Shown here: positions 43,083 through 56,343 of the stretch, in pieces | Layout of the letters: every line of letters begins with the position of its first letter | How positions within the stretch are numbered: the stretch's first letter is position 1 | Assembly: GCA_951406725.2 (NCBI GenBank) | Contig: OX597823.1 | Span: 102,114,001-102,178,000 of the forward strand | Direction of reading: 5' to 3' | Source: Octopus vulgaris | Lineage: Eukaryota | Length of the DNA: 64,000 bases | Position numbers and translations under genes: made by a program | Notes under the pieces: model-generated | Told to the model about the DNA's origin: nothing | The model's database searches: none | What the model saw: the letters and a program-made list of their open reading frames with translations, nothing else

Positions 43083-43461
43083 TATAAAGTACAATTATAA
43101 AGATATAAAATGAAGATATAAAATGCAAATATGAATATTAAACAAGGTACACATATACAAGAATATGCATATATACATATATACATATATATATAAGTGT
43201 ATATACACCTACATATATATAAGTATATATATATAAGTGTATATACACTACATATATATAAGTATATACATAATAATATACATACACATAAGGTTACAGT
43301 TAATCAAATCTATATACTGGAATATACATATATATCCACATCAAAGGGTACATATACAAAGTCCAAAGTTCATTGTATTACATTACTAAAAACTATTAAT
43401 ATTATTATTATTAATAATAATACTAATAAAGGAATATGTGCATTCTGCTATTCACAATACA

Positions 43462-44129
43462 TAGATGGAAAATACCACATAAAATATAGTATAATATAAT
43501 ACAGTGTAACACAAACATAATATAATATAATATATTATATTACATATTACATATACAATATATAATATAGTATAACATAATATATAGACAGATGCATATG
43601 GGAGATGCCAGTATATCAATTCAATAAAATAAAATAATGCAATACAATATACAATGTCATTATATTCATATATCATACAGCTAAAATCGAAACTTTAGTC
43701 TAAATCTGCATACATATATATACACACAGGTACCAAATACATGCACATGCATATACATACATGCGCAAAAACATCCATTAATACATATACATATATAAAG
43801 GGATATTATCCTTTTACATCATACAAAAATTATATATGCATGTACATACATACAGTTCGCATATCAATAGGTGAGTGATAGGTCTTAACGGGCTGATAGA
43901 TTATTTACAATCTAAAGCTCAATTCAATTGGTTGGCACATTTGAATTTCATTGTCTTAGTTACGGTTGGTTGGTTAAAATACACATACGTACATACATAC
44001 ACATATGCGCACATACACACGTACACATAGATAAACATAAGCACATAAATACACACATACATACATACATACATACGTACATATCCATATACATACATAT
44101 ATACATATATACACATACCTATAAACACC

Positions 44130-44225
<96 letters not shown>

Positions 44226-44232
44226 ATATATC

Positions 44233-44263
<31 letters not shown>

Positions 44264-44576
44264 GCATACTAATAACTAAAAAAATAATATTATAAACCAT
44301 TAAGAGTGAAAACTATGCTAATTTCTAATGTGTAAAAAATGGCCTAAAAGGGTAAATATATATTTTAAAATGGCCTAAAAGAGTAATAAACGTTAGGATT
44401 AATATTTGGCAAAGGTTGGAAAATATTTAGACAAAGCTTTCGATAGTAGATGGAAAATACCACATAAAATATAGTATAATATAATACAGTGTAACACAAA
44501 CATAGTATAATATAATATATTATATTACATATTACATATACAATATATAATATAGTATAACATAATATATAGACAG
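43462..44576. repeat. 130-bp direct repeat pair (43462-43591 and 44447-44576, one mismatch)
   Basis: Direct comparison. Confidence 0.9.
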
Positions 44577-45056
44577 TGTGTTTATTTTGTATTTTATTTT
44601 GTATTTTTATTTGTATCGTTTTTACGTCCTGTTTTTGTCACATTTTTTTCTTTGCTTGTTTTTACCCCTCTGCGAAGTAATTTTAGTTAATTCTTTCGCA
44701 GGAAGGGCTATTTCGACGAGTCGTGTTCTGTCCTCACCTTCGAAACACGCTGGAGTTGAACTAGGGACAGCTGATGAAGGGGAATTTTCCTTGTGTAGTT
44801 TGTCTTGTACTCTGTTTTTTCGTTGTTAAAAAAGGTCCGTTTCCATGTTTGTTTTTACGTTTTCGTTTCACGTATATATATTTCGTTTCACGTATATATA
44901 TTTATATATGCATGTATATATATACATGTAGATGTAGGTACGTACATATATGTATGTATGTATGCATATATTTTATTTATTACACTATTGTATGACTGAG
45001 CGCCCTCGCGTCGATTCGAGTCGATTCGATTCGTTTCGTTTCGTTTCCTCCAAGTA

Positions 45057-45106
<50 letters not shown>

Positions 45107-45119
45107 TACACACACACAA

Positions 45120-46016
45120 ATGATGTTTGGGTTAAATTTGACAGTTTGCATAAAAGGAAAAGAAAACACAATATGTCAACCAAAAATAGAATTATTTTAA
45201 AAACTCAAAAGATATCAACTAGATTAAGGCTGGGAGATGACAGTTTACTCAAAGTAGCTGCCTTCAGTTTCCACCACGGTCTCAAAATGGCTCAGGAACC
45301 ATGCGCATGCGTCCCTCGCTCTGTCCCTAGTAAGATCTTCGAACACCTCTTTGATTATGGCCAGCAACTTGGACTTGGCATTGCAAGCAGAGCAGTTGGT
45401 GAGTAATCCATGAGATTACAATGAGAGGGGTTAGGAGGCCGGAAACTGGGGCTGATGAAGTCGTAGAAATTCTCCGATAACCACTTCTGACTTTTTCAGA
45501 AGGTATGGCAAGGAGTCGAAACATGCTAGCACATATATGGCCACTCTATCTCCAATCATCTCCAGCCAGGGTTTGAACACAGACGCCAGCAACTTCACGT
45601 AGCCGTCTGAACTTAGAGCCTAAGCCCTTGTTCAAAGATGGTGGGGCGGCATGGCGTCATCCTCATTGGAGACACACCCAAAGACTATCACAGTTTGATT
45701 TTTATATCTGGGACACCACGTGGATTGTAGGCAAGCCATCTGTTGTTCTGGATGTTGCGCAGCTCGTCCTGGCAGAAGTTTTTTTCATCTGAGAAGAACC
45801 AGAACATCTCCGGCTCAACAGGATGCCTCAGCCTCCCCAGGAGCTTCTTTGCCATCGTCATGTGGTTCTCCTTGGCCTTGGCTGTCAGAATTTGTCACTT
45901 GCGCTTCTTGTACCCATCTCTCTCGCCAAACACTGGATTCCCTTTCTTGGATTTTCCATTACCTAGTCCTGCGGTTGCTGGATGAATTCTGGCGCGCGGA
46001 CACGGACAGAGTGACT
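45120..46016 (-). pseudogene. Degenerate Tc1/mariner (maT/DD37D-like) transposase
   Basis: Fragments FFSDEKNFCQD...NNRWLA, VFKPWLE and ACAWFLSHFETVVETEGSYFE*. Confidence 0.75.
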
Positions 46017-46032
46017 TTATAGATAGAAAGAT

Positions 46033-46133
<101 letters not shown>

Positions 46134-46542
46134 CTCATGGCTTCCGTTTCCTGTGTTTTCACCAAACCTATAAATGTCTATGCGTATGTGTGTTTTGGTA
46201 GTAAAGAATGAGTTAGTTAAGTACTCAATACTAAGAGAGAGAGTGTAATAGTCTGGAGTTTCGCCAGCATGCGGAATTCGACACATCAGCTTGACAGCTG
46301 GTGAAGCAAGAATGACAACAGTTAAATAAAATGTATGCCAATGGTTTAACTTCCAATCCGGCCTGTAATTTAAGCCGATAGCTTAAATTATTATTTCAAT
46401 TTATATTCTCAATTTCATAGCCAACTTCACAAATAATGCTTTCCTCGTTTCTTCAACCCTTATCATATATATTCACCTGCTTATATATATTCACCTGCTT
46501 ATATATATATATGTGTACACACATGTATATATATATATATTT

Positions 46543-47035
46543 ATGCGAATGGTTTTGTTAAGCGTGTCCAGTTTTACAATTCTATAAATAATAATAATAA
46601 TGGTATTTTTTTATAAGCTTAAAGCGGTCACCGTGCAAATAGGAAAATAGTCTCAGGAAAATAGTCTAATAATGCGGTATATAAGCCCTCAACAGAAAAA
46701 GTAGGCTTTCCTGTACGCATAGGAGTCGAACCCACATCCCTATATTAACGCGACTAAGTGTTTTACCGATTACACTGTCAAATTTAAGAACTGTTGTTCA
46801 TGGTTGTTTTTGTAAACAAACTTTATGTGCTTTCGGTGCGAATGGTTTTGTTAAGCGGTGTCGAGTTTTACAATTCTGTAAATAATAATAATGGTATCTT
46901 TTTTATAAGCTTAAAGATTATAACAATCACCGTGCAATGACTAAGGAAAATAATCTAATAATGCAGCATATAAGCCCTCGACAGAAAAAAGGAGGCTTTT
47001 CCGTACGCGTGGGACTCAAACCCACATCCCTTTAT
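46543..47035. repeat. Tandem duplication of ~200 bp containing a tRNA-like SINE head on the minus strand
   Basis: 46543-46745 is similar to 46836-47035. Minus strand has cagtgtaatcggtaaaacac...gtgggttcgactcc. Confidence 0.7.
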
Positions 47036-47050
47036 TGTGAAAGAGAGAGA

Positions 47051-47108
<58 letters not shown>

Positions 47109-47664
47109 TTGTGTGTGTGTGAAAAGGAAAGAAAGAAGGAAAGAGGTGTGAGAGAAAGGTGTGACACAAAAAAGATTAAAAAATTAACAAATGCTTCTAC
47201 TTCAGAAATTCCGTTGTTATCTCACAGAGCAGGACACAAGTGTTGTTGCGGATGCTGTTGTGGTTGTTGTTGTTGTTGTTGTTGTTGTTGCTTTTGGTGT
47301 TCATGTTGTTATTTTTGTTGTTGTTGTTGATGATTATGATGACGAATGTTATTGCTATTGATGACGTTTTTTATTGTTAGTGTTAATTTATTCAACTCCG
47401 GCTCCGCCCTGGTCTACTGGACCTATAGATACATACATGCATTCATACATACATACACACGCACACTCACATACACGCGCGCGCACGTGTGTGTATTGGG
47501 ATGCATGTTTATATTTATTGATATATGTACCATGCAGGATTTAGTCGAACAAATCGACTTAGGACTATTTTTTAAAAGACTAGTACTTATTTTATCGCGG
47601 TCTTTTGCTGAACCGCTCCGTCCATCAAAAGCTAGTTCGCGCTATGTTATGGATAGGTATATAT

Positions 47665-48055
47665 AGGTGCAGCGTAGCTGTGTGGTAAGAAGATTGCTTC
47701 CCAACCACTTGGTCCCGGGTTCAGTTCCACACCGTTGCACTTTGGGCAAGTGTCTTCTACTATAGCCTCGGGCCGACTAAAGCCTTGCGAGTGGATTTCA
47801 TAGACTGAAAGAAGCCCGTCGTATATATGTATCTATTTGTCTGTCTGTGTTTGTTCTCACACCCGCCACCATCGCTTGACAACCGATGTTAGTGTGTTAA
47901 TGTACCCGTAACTTAGCGGTTCGGCAAAAGAGACAGATTGAAGAAGTTCTAGGCTCACAAAGAATAAGCCCAGAAGTCGATTTGTTCGACTAAAGACGGT
48001 ACTTACTCCAGCGTGGCCGCAGTCAAATGACTGAAACAAGTCAAAGAATAAAAGA
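47665..48055 (+). mobile_element. SINE (family of 6689)
   Basis: Homology to 6689-7137. Confidence 0.8.
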
Positions 48056-48066
48056 ATATATATACG

Positions 48067-48134
<68 letters not shown>

Positions 48135-48143
48135 GATATATAT

Positions 48144-48175
<32 letters not shown>

Positions 48176-48181
48176 GTGTGT

Positions 48182-48490
48182 GGAGGCGCAATGGCCCAGT
48201 GGTTAGGACAGCGGACTCGATGTCGTAGGATCGCGGTTTCGATTCCCAGATCGGGCGTTGTCTATTGAGCGAAAACACCTAAAAGCTCCATGAGGTTCCG
48301 GCAGGGAGTGGTGGCGATCCCTGCTGTACTCTTTCGCCGCAACTTTCTCTCACTCTTTCTTCTGTTGGCCTGCTGACTTAGCCAGCGGGGTGGCCTCATT
48401 TGAAGGTTAAACAATGCGACGCTTCGCATTGTGACCAGCGATGTGTAGCAACATCTGATAGCCGGGTCGGTCACGTGATCACGTGATCAC
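48182..48490 (+). mobile_element. tRNA-derived SINE with RTE-derived 3' tail, inserted in (TA)n
   Basis: Box A/B head; tail ...gtcggtcacgtgatcacgtgat. Second copy at 55303-55595. Confidence 0.8.
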
Positions 48491-49275
48491 ATATATATAT
48501 ATATATATACATATCTATACATATATGTATATATACATATATATATATACGTATATATATATATATATATATATCTCTTATTATAAAAGGCAGATTTTAT
48601 CTGCCTCCCTTTGGGAGTTATACAAATCTACAATATAGGATTTCTTCAATTACAATTTACCTAGCAATTTTAAGAGTACAATGCATCGCGTCATGCCAGG
48701 TCCAGTTTTTAAAATTTAAACTCCAGTTAAGCAAAATTTACAGAAAACTCACATTCTGGTGTGTGTGTCAAATGCTTTTCTTAGTCTGGTTTACACCACA
48801 CGCAAACGCACACACACAGTGGGCAAGGAATAAAACGAAAGTAATTCACTTACTGTAGTGAGTCATTCTTTCACTCTGCCTCCCACTTCCTCTTTCAACA
48901 CATAGACAAGCAAATATATAAATAAAATTGTAAGCTAACGTGCGTGTGTGTGAGTGTGTGTGTGTGTGTGTGTGCGCGTGTGTGTGTGTGTGAGGGTGAA
49001 CATAAGACCAAAGCAGAGAATGTATTCTTTTATTCTTCTGCTTTTTCCAGCCATTGGTCTGTGGCCATGCTGGGGCAATGCCTTGAAGAATTGTAGTTTA
49101 ATGAATCAACTCCAGTTTTATTTTTGTAAGCATTGTGCTTATTCTATCTGTTTCCTTTGTCAAACCACTAGGTGACAGGGGTGTAAACAAACCAACATTC
49201 GTTGTCAAGCAGTGGTGGAGGACAATCACAAGCACAGACACGCACACACACACATACATGCATACACATATACAC

Positions 49276-49306
<31 letters not shown>

Positions 49307-49324
49307 TATGTGTGTATATATATA

Positions 49325-49583
49325 TTGCAGCGTGGAAGGTGTTTGTAAGCCATTTAAGAAACACACAAAAACCGTTACATTCACTTCAACATTTAAATTT
49401 AATTTGCCAAAATATTTTCGTCGCTTTCAGACCGCGACCTGTTCACTGACAAAAATATCGTGCTAACAGGTCGCGGTCTCAAAGTGACGAAAATATTTTG
49501 ACAAATTAAATTTAAATGTTGAAGTGAATCTAACGCTTTTTGTGTGTTTCTTAAATGGCTTATAAACACCTTCAACGCTGCAA
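49325..49583. repeat. Long inverted repeat: 119-bp arms, 21-bp spacer
   Basis: 49325-49443 versus 49465-49583, with a few mismatches. Confidence 0.9.
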
Positions 49584-49745
49584 CTGTTTTCGTTCCAGCA
49601 CACGATCTCAGATCAAGTCACTTGCTATGCAAGTACATCTCTGTAACTATATATATATTTATATATATATATATATGTATATTGGTAAAAACAGTAAGAT
49701 AACAAAAGAAAGAAAGAGACCTCAATATTAAGTAAATAGAGGAAA

Positions 49746-50136
49746 TCTTTATATATAAAAGTGAGGTTGTGTGTCTGTCTCCTACGATTTAGATTCCTAA
49801 CTACTCCCACATTTTGCGGTGCAGTTTAACTAAAAGCGGGTATCTTATAGTCGTGATTCATATCGAGACCGTCTGGGTATTAGCACGCGTCTACGAGTCT
49901 ACGATTTAAAAAAAATTTACCATCAATTTTTCCCATTTTTAATCCATTTTTGACATATATAAGGGAAGTAACTCTCTAAAATTTATTATTAAATCTCAGA
50001 ACGTAAAAAGCTACAGTAACACCCCCTCCCCCTTTGTGGTTAGCCATATTGAGATGGCTATTATACTTTACATCTCTAAAAATGCTTATATAATTATTTC
50101 CCTTACAAACCCGAGCAACGCCGGGCGATAATGCTA

Positions 50137-50137
<1 letters not shown>
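49746..50137 (+). mobile_element. Non-autonomous Helitron
   Basis: A|TC 5' end, subterminal hairpin cccgagcaacgccggg, CTAG|T 3' end, no TSD. Confidence 0.8.
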
Positions 50138-50183
<46 letters not shown>

Positions 50184-50616
50184 TGCATATATGTATAGAT
50201 ATGTATATATATATATGTAAATATATATGTGTTTGTGTGTGTGTGTATGTAAAGGTTGAGATTTGTAAACGTTTGTAAAACGTTGAGATTTTTCATTATG
50301 TAAGGATGAAAGAACAGTGACTGAATTTGTGAAGGAAATATTTATTTACCGTTACATTGAATATACCTTGCCTCGACGGGCAGGTGATCAAATCCTAGAG
50401 CATGCGAAGTAAAGTTAGATGTTGTAGATTTTCCTTGTGTAGTTTTGTGTTCACGTATTCTTTTGTAATAATCGACAGATAGCGATAGAATGATGTTGTA
50501 AGATAACAGACTTCGAGCTAGTGAAAAGTTGTAGGGTCGTGGAAAGTTGTCACACATCGTTGCAGCATAAAATGCTTGCACAATCGCAATTGCAGCATTG
50601 CCAAGCATGGAAGATG

Positions 50617-50621
50617 ATGGT

Positions 50622-50671
<50 letters not shown>

Positions 50672-50790
50672 GGTGGTGGTGGTGGTGGTGGTAGTGGTGG
50701 TGGTGGTGGTGGTGGTGGTGGTGGTGGTGGTGGTGGTGGTGGTGGTGGTGGTGGTGGTGGTGGTGGTGGTGGTGGTGGTGGTGGTGGGTG
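50617..50790. repeat. (GTA)n/(GGT)n microsatellite
   Basis: Direct inspection. Confidence 0.97.
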
Positions 50791-50906
50791 ATTCTTTTCA
50801 GTTCAGCAGCCATGAGTTGTGTTGAGAGTTGGATTTTTTTCTCTTGTACAATCAACAAATGCAATTACTATGGTGTTATGTGGCTCTTGTGTATATTTCT
50901 GTGTGT

Positions 50907-50910
<4 letters not shown>

Positions 50911-50937
<27 letters not shown>

Positions 50938-51112
50938 AGAAGAAGAAGAAGAAGAAGAAGAAGAAGAAGAAGAAGAAGAAGAAGAAGAAGAAGAAGAAGA
51001 AGAAGAAGAAGAAGAAGAAGAAGAAGAAGAAGAAGAAGAAGAAGAAGAAGAAGAAGAAGAAGAAGAAGAAGAAGAAGAAGAAGAAGAAGAAGAAGAAGAA
51101 GAAGAAGAAGAG
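50911..51112. repeat. (AG)n + (GAA)n microsatellite
   Basis: Direct inspection. Confidence 0.97.
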
Positions 51113-52684
51113 AGTGATAGAGAGATCGGAGAAGAGGCTGCGGGGTTGTACCAATTACATAATAAGCAAATATTTCTGCCACACTTGCCTGGAGATAAAA
51201 AGTTTTCATTTCCAAAAATGGAAATTTCAGTAGAATCAGACGCTGTCTGCTCGTGAATATTATCCGCTGTAAAGACATTTAGAGTTATCAGGGCTGAGAT
51301 CTTATCACTGCGGTGAAAATCAATAATAGGATCATTGGAAAGAATTTCAACTTCTCTTGTGTTCTCTGAGAAACATGTTCTAAAGCTGCATCGCCAGTTT
51401 AGATACTCACATAGCATATTTCAAGGCTTATAGGGGCCACTATTCTTTATCCGGACAAAATTATTCTCTTCGAGAAGCAACCTGTGTCTTTAGATTTTGG
51501 TTTGGAAAGCAAGAAAGTTGTGTTTCAAGAAAGAACTTGTCAGAATTTAAGTGTTTCATATAAGCTCGTCTATCAAATCTGGTAAATACCAAATAATATA
51601 ATATTACTTTGCAAGGTGCTGGTAGAATCGCTACCGTGATGGGCAAAAATGCTTAGCGGTATTTTGTCTGTCGTTATGTTCTGAGTTCAAATACCGCCGA
51701 GGTCTACTTTGCTTTTCACCCTTTCGTAGTCGATAAATCAAGTACCAGTTGAATACTGGAGTCGAAAGAATCGACTAACTTCCTTCCCGAAATTGCTGAC
51801 CTTGTACCGAAATTTGAAACCAAAATGATATCGCTTTACAAAGGAGGCGAGCTGGGAGAATCGTTAGCACGCCAGCCGAAAGGCTTAGCAACATTTGGTT
51901 TGTCTTTACGTTCTGATCTCAAATTCCGCCCAGCTCAACTTTGCCATTCATCTAACCTTGTGCTAAAATTTGAAACCAGTATGATATCGCTTGTGTTCTG
52001 TCCGGGGCATCCTTTGAATTTATTGTCCCTGTCTCCTCATACCCTATACAGAATTACATAGCAGTCACAAAGGTGTCAACGGGGTCGAACTGCCCCTCAC
52101 CACCGCCATTCCACCCCAGCTACGCTATTGAGATCTAGTTTTCAGTCATCGACGAGAGACCGTTCACATAAGTCTTTTACAGAGGTAAGGCAGCGAATTA
52201 ACAGGGCTATTATGGAGTAACATTAAATGGTTTGTATTTCTTCAGTCTCTCTGCACTCTGAGTTCAAATCCTACCGAGGTCAAAGTTGTTTCGCATTCTT
52301 TCGGGGTCGACTGTGGATTGGTTAACTGGTTAGGGAGTCGATGGGAAGATTTGCAGTATCTTTTCCGGCTCTTTATGTTCTAAGTTCAAAATCCAGCCTT
52401 GACCAATATTATAATGAATTATTTATAATAATAATAATAATTGTGCATAAAATAAATAAATAAATAAATAAATGAATGGATGGGTGGGTTAGTGGGTGGA
52501 TGGATGGATGGATACGTACGTGTGTGCATGCGAGCGTGCGTGCATGCTTTAGCGCGTGTGAATATCCTTTGCTAATATAGTGACATTTGTAAGCATGGGC
52601 ACACAGCCGGTGCTCCTCGAGTGAAATCCACCGAATTACAAACACCTCTCGCAGTGAACCAGCGATTGGCCTGTTATAAACCTA

Positions 52685-53068
52685 CTAGCAGTATCGCCCG
52701 GCGTTGCTCAGGTTTGTAAGGGAAATAACTATAAAGCACTTTTAGAGAGTTATAGCCAAAAAATAGCAAAAAAATGGAAAAAAATTATGGTAAATTTTTT
52801 TTGAGAGTTAAAAAAGGTGTAGTTGCGTCTCCTAGACAGTTTGTGGTCTGTGTTTCTGATTCTCGACCCCATGTCGAATTTATCGATTTTTTTCAGAACT
52901 GGGGGAACTTTTCAAAATTTTCGCTGCGTTAGTTTTGAATTATGACATTGGGCTATGTGTGTGTCAAGTTTCATCAGAATCGGTTGAAAGCCGTGGTCAG
53001 GGTGAGGGTACAAGCAAACAGACACACAGAAACACGCACAGACAAACTGCCGTTTATATAGAGAGAGA
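52685..53068 (-). mobile_element. Non-autonomous Helitron
   Basis: Minus strand runs TC...hairpin...CTAG|T. Its 3' ~60-70 bp matches 50070-50137. Confidence 0.8.
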
Positions 53069-53114
53069 TAACCTGTAACCAACGCCGATACTATCCACAA
53101 ACTGAATGAACGAA

Positions 53115-53153
<39 letters not shown>

Positions 53154-53530
53154 ATGAATAAATACCAGAGGGACATTAAATTTGAAATAACCTTCTCTTG
53201 TGCTAAAATGCCTCATTGCAAAACAGCTGACATTTACAGACAGTAGCAGGTCTCTCAGCTGTAAAAACAGTTTTTCTCACTTCCACCCGTCTTTAAGCAG
53301 AGTAAAGATTTGTGAAAAGAACAATGATTCCTCCGCCACTAAAAAGGCTTTTGAAACCAGAAATTCAACCACCCACACAATGAAAAACACCGAACACAAA
53401 GCTTAATTTTCTCATTTGCTATTATAAAATTTTGTTTAATTTTTATCCCTGCTTTTCTTTTTATTTTAATAAATTTTGAAGTTTTTTTCTTTTTTTATGA
53501 AGAATAAATCTGAAAACATTCATATCAATT

Positions 53531-53875
53531 AGGCGCAGGAATGGTTATGTGGTTAAGAAGCTCGCTTTGCAGCCACGCGGTTTTGGGTTCAGTCCCATTG
53601 CGTGACATTTTCGGTAAGTATCCTCTACAACATACTCCGAGTCGACCAATACCTTGTGAGTGAATTTGGCAGGCAGAAACTATGTGAAAACCCATCATAT
53701 GTGTGTATGATTGTCTGTATGTTTCTGTGTTTGCACTTGTCCTCCCCCACACCTCTTAACAACCGGTGTTAGTTTGTTTACACCCTCGTAACTTAGCGGT
53801 TTGGCGTCGATTAAACTCTTCCAGGCGGTGCCCCAAAATTGTCGCTGTCCAATGAGTAAAACAAGTAAAAGATAT
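53531..53875 (+). mobile_element. SINE (family of 6689), diverged
   Basis: Homology to 6689-7137. Confidence 0.75.
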
Positions 53876-53899
53876 CCAAGTATAAAAGTTATTTCATTT

Positions 53900-54700
53900 C
53901 ACTCACTTTGTTCCAATTCTACATAATATAGAACTATTAAAATCGGGACCAAAACCGAAGTTTTTCTATTTAATCCAATGCCATCTACATGTAACCTGGA
54001 CATGTCACACCATTTCTGTGTTGACTCAATGAACAGAGATTCCGAAAACACCTTGGAATGGAGTCGTACTGATCTTGTCTTGTATAGCAGCCTAGAGACA
54101 CAATCATTATGTATATGAAGAAAAACCGGAACAGCACACAACTAAATCCGTCAGAGTCGCTACAAATGCTCGACTTCCCCCATCATCAGGAATCCCTCCG
54201 AGTGAACGCGTTTACTCAACATAGCAAACTCTGCATCACAATGGCTGACCTTCCTCTTCAAAACAAAAGAAAAAAAATGAGGTCAAACTCACAATGACGT
54301 ATTACTTCCACATTTGGGAGCAAATATCCTGAACCGCTTCGAAAAATCAGATAAAATTGCCACTGACTGGTTTATATGAAGTCGTTCAGCAGCACCGGTG
54401 ACATAGCTGAGAGTGCGCCGCCCAGAGCAGCCTTTGAGTTTTCCACCACTGGCCACCAAACCTATACAGTCATATACAACAGACCCAAAAGCGTCACCCC
54501 ATAAAAACAATGTCCGGGACGGACTACCCGTCACCCATCGTAGCTACGCTACCAAGCAACACACTCCAGCCTTCATTCCACATATGTCCCGTCTCTTCTT
54601 GCTTTTTTTCTACTTATACAAAATTGAACTCTATTTCACAAAATCGGCTGGCTTTGTGACATTTCCACACAGGCTTTCCTACTTCACTTTAAATTCCTCA
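53900..54700 (-). pseudogene. Highly degenerate LINE reverse transcriptase relic
   Basis: Fragments such as KNFGFGPDF and SPVPD resemble L1/Tx1 RT motifs; many stops. Confidence 0.35.
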
Positions 54701-55254
54701 CGTCATCCAAAGAACGTCAGACTTGTAGAATTCGCTTCATTACGTTTTTTCTTTATATATATATTTTCTGAAGCTATCACCATACACCTCTTCAAGAGGA
54801 ACAGTAACCACACCAGTCTTAAATTGCAAGCAAAGATCGTGGATACGGCTCCTCCAGAAAAATTCAACCAAATTATATATTGGAAACGTAAAACAGTTTC
54901 AGGTTGTAAAATGTAAGGATTAGGAAAAAACAGAGGAAATATGAATGAAGAGAAAAACTAATTAAGGAAAAAACAATGCACATGCATATACATACATATA
55001 TACATACATATATACTGACAGACATACACATATATACAGCAGTCCGAAAAACAAGTAGATAAGATCCTTAAATCTATTGTAAGGGGTTGGTAAGTTTATG
55101 TCTTCCGAAAAGACTGTGAAAATGCTAAACTGAAATTATTGCAGCCCATTCCATCGATCTAGCAAGCTATCTACATAGCTATTGACTACATAGCTATCGA
55201 GTAATCAATCAAGCAATCTACTTGAATATAAACTATATTTCTATTCAATTATTT

Positions 55255-55302
<48 letters not shown>

Positions 55303-55310
<8 letters not shown>

Positions 55311-55594
55311 ATCACGTGACCGACCAGTCCATCAGATGTAGTTACACATCGCTGGTCACAATGCGTTCGCATTGTTTTAGCTTTCGAATGACGCCACCCC
55401 GCTGGCTAAGCGAGCAGGCCAACAGAAGAAAGAGTGGGAGAAAGAGTGGTGAAAGAGTACAGCAGGGATCACCACCCCCTGGCGGAACCTTGTGGAGCTT
55501 TTAGGTGTTTTTGCTCAATAAACACTCACAACGCCCGGTCTGGGAATCGAAACCGCGATCCTACGCAATGGCCTAACCACTAGGCCATTGCGCC

Positions 55595-55595
<1 letters not shown>
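55303..55595 (-). mobile_element. SINE with RTE-derived tail, inserted in (TA)n
   Basis: Reverse-complement homologue of 48182-48490. Confidence 0.8.
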
Positions 55596-55639
<44 letters not shown>

Positions 55640-55699
55640 TTTCTTCCTCTCCCTCTCTCTCTATATATCTCATATATATAAATATATTATATATATATT

Positions 55700-55764
<65 letters not shown>

Positions 55765-56023
55765 AAAGAAAAAGAATGATTTCATTGGTAGCTCTCGTCA
55801 GTTTAATTTATTATTAAAAAAAAATTTTTAATAATATAAATTTTAGTTCTATTAAAACATTTTTAAATAATTAATTAAACTAATTAAAATTACCGGTGAC
55901 GTCATTCTTTTTCTGTTTTCAAATATCGCTAACTGTGTCAAGGATCTCACACATTTTCCAATGTGTCGGTGAAATTACACACACACACACACACACATAC
56001 ACATACAAACGTTCAAACATACA

Positions 56024-56130
56024 TATTATTCCTAAACAAGAATGTTGTTGATAGTGACATCGTCGGACAATGGCTTAGCAGGCTGAAACTTCGAAGTCAC
56101 TGACAACAGCATTCTTGTTTGAGAATAATA
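56024..56130 (+). mobile_element. Short inverted-repeat element enclosing a degenerate hammerhead
   Basis: Arms aaacaagaatgttgttgatagtgac / gtcactgacaacagcattcttgttt; interior CGGACAA-T-GGCTT-AGC-AGGCT-GAAA-CTTCGAAG-TC. Confidence 0.55.
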
Positions 56131-56265
56131 AATTTGTGCTCTACAAAAGTATAGAGTAACCCATCAGATTAATGTAAAATTGTTTTTTGTTATATATATA
56201 ACTGAACATAAAAACAAGCATCCACCCTAAGGGGTTAGCCATATTCAAATGGCAAATATGCGTCA

Positions 56266-56343
<78 letters not shown>

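Noticed and set aside
44715-44795. GAAAC...CTGATGAAGGGG as a permuted hammerhead
   Set aside because: Could not build consistent stems I and III, and no GAAA follows stem II.
50550-51417. Poly-H, poly-V, poly-E, poly-R and poly-S ORFs
   Set aside because: Translations of (GGT)n and (GAA)n microsatellites.
54413-54916. 167-aa plus-strand ORF
   Set aside because: No recognisable domain; antisense to a probable LINE relic.
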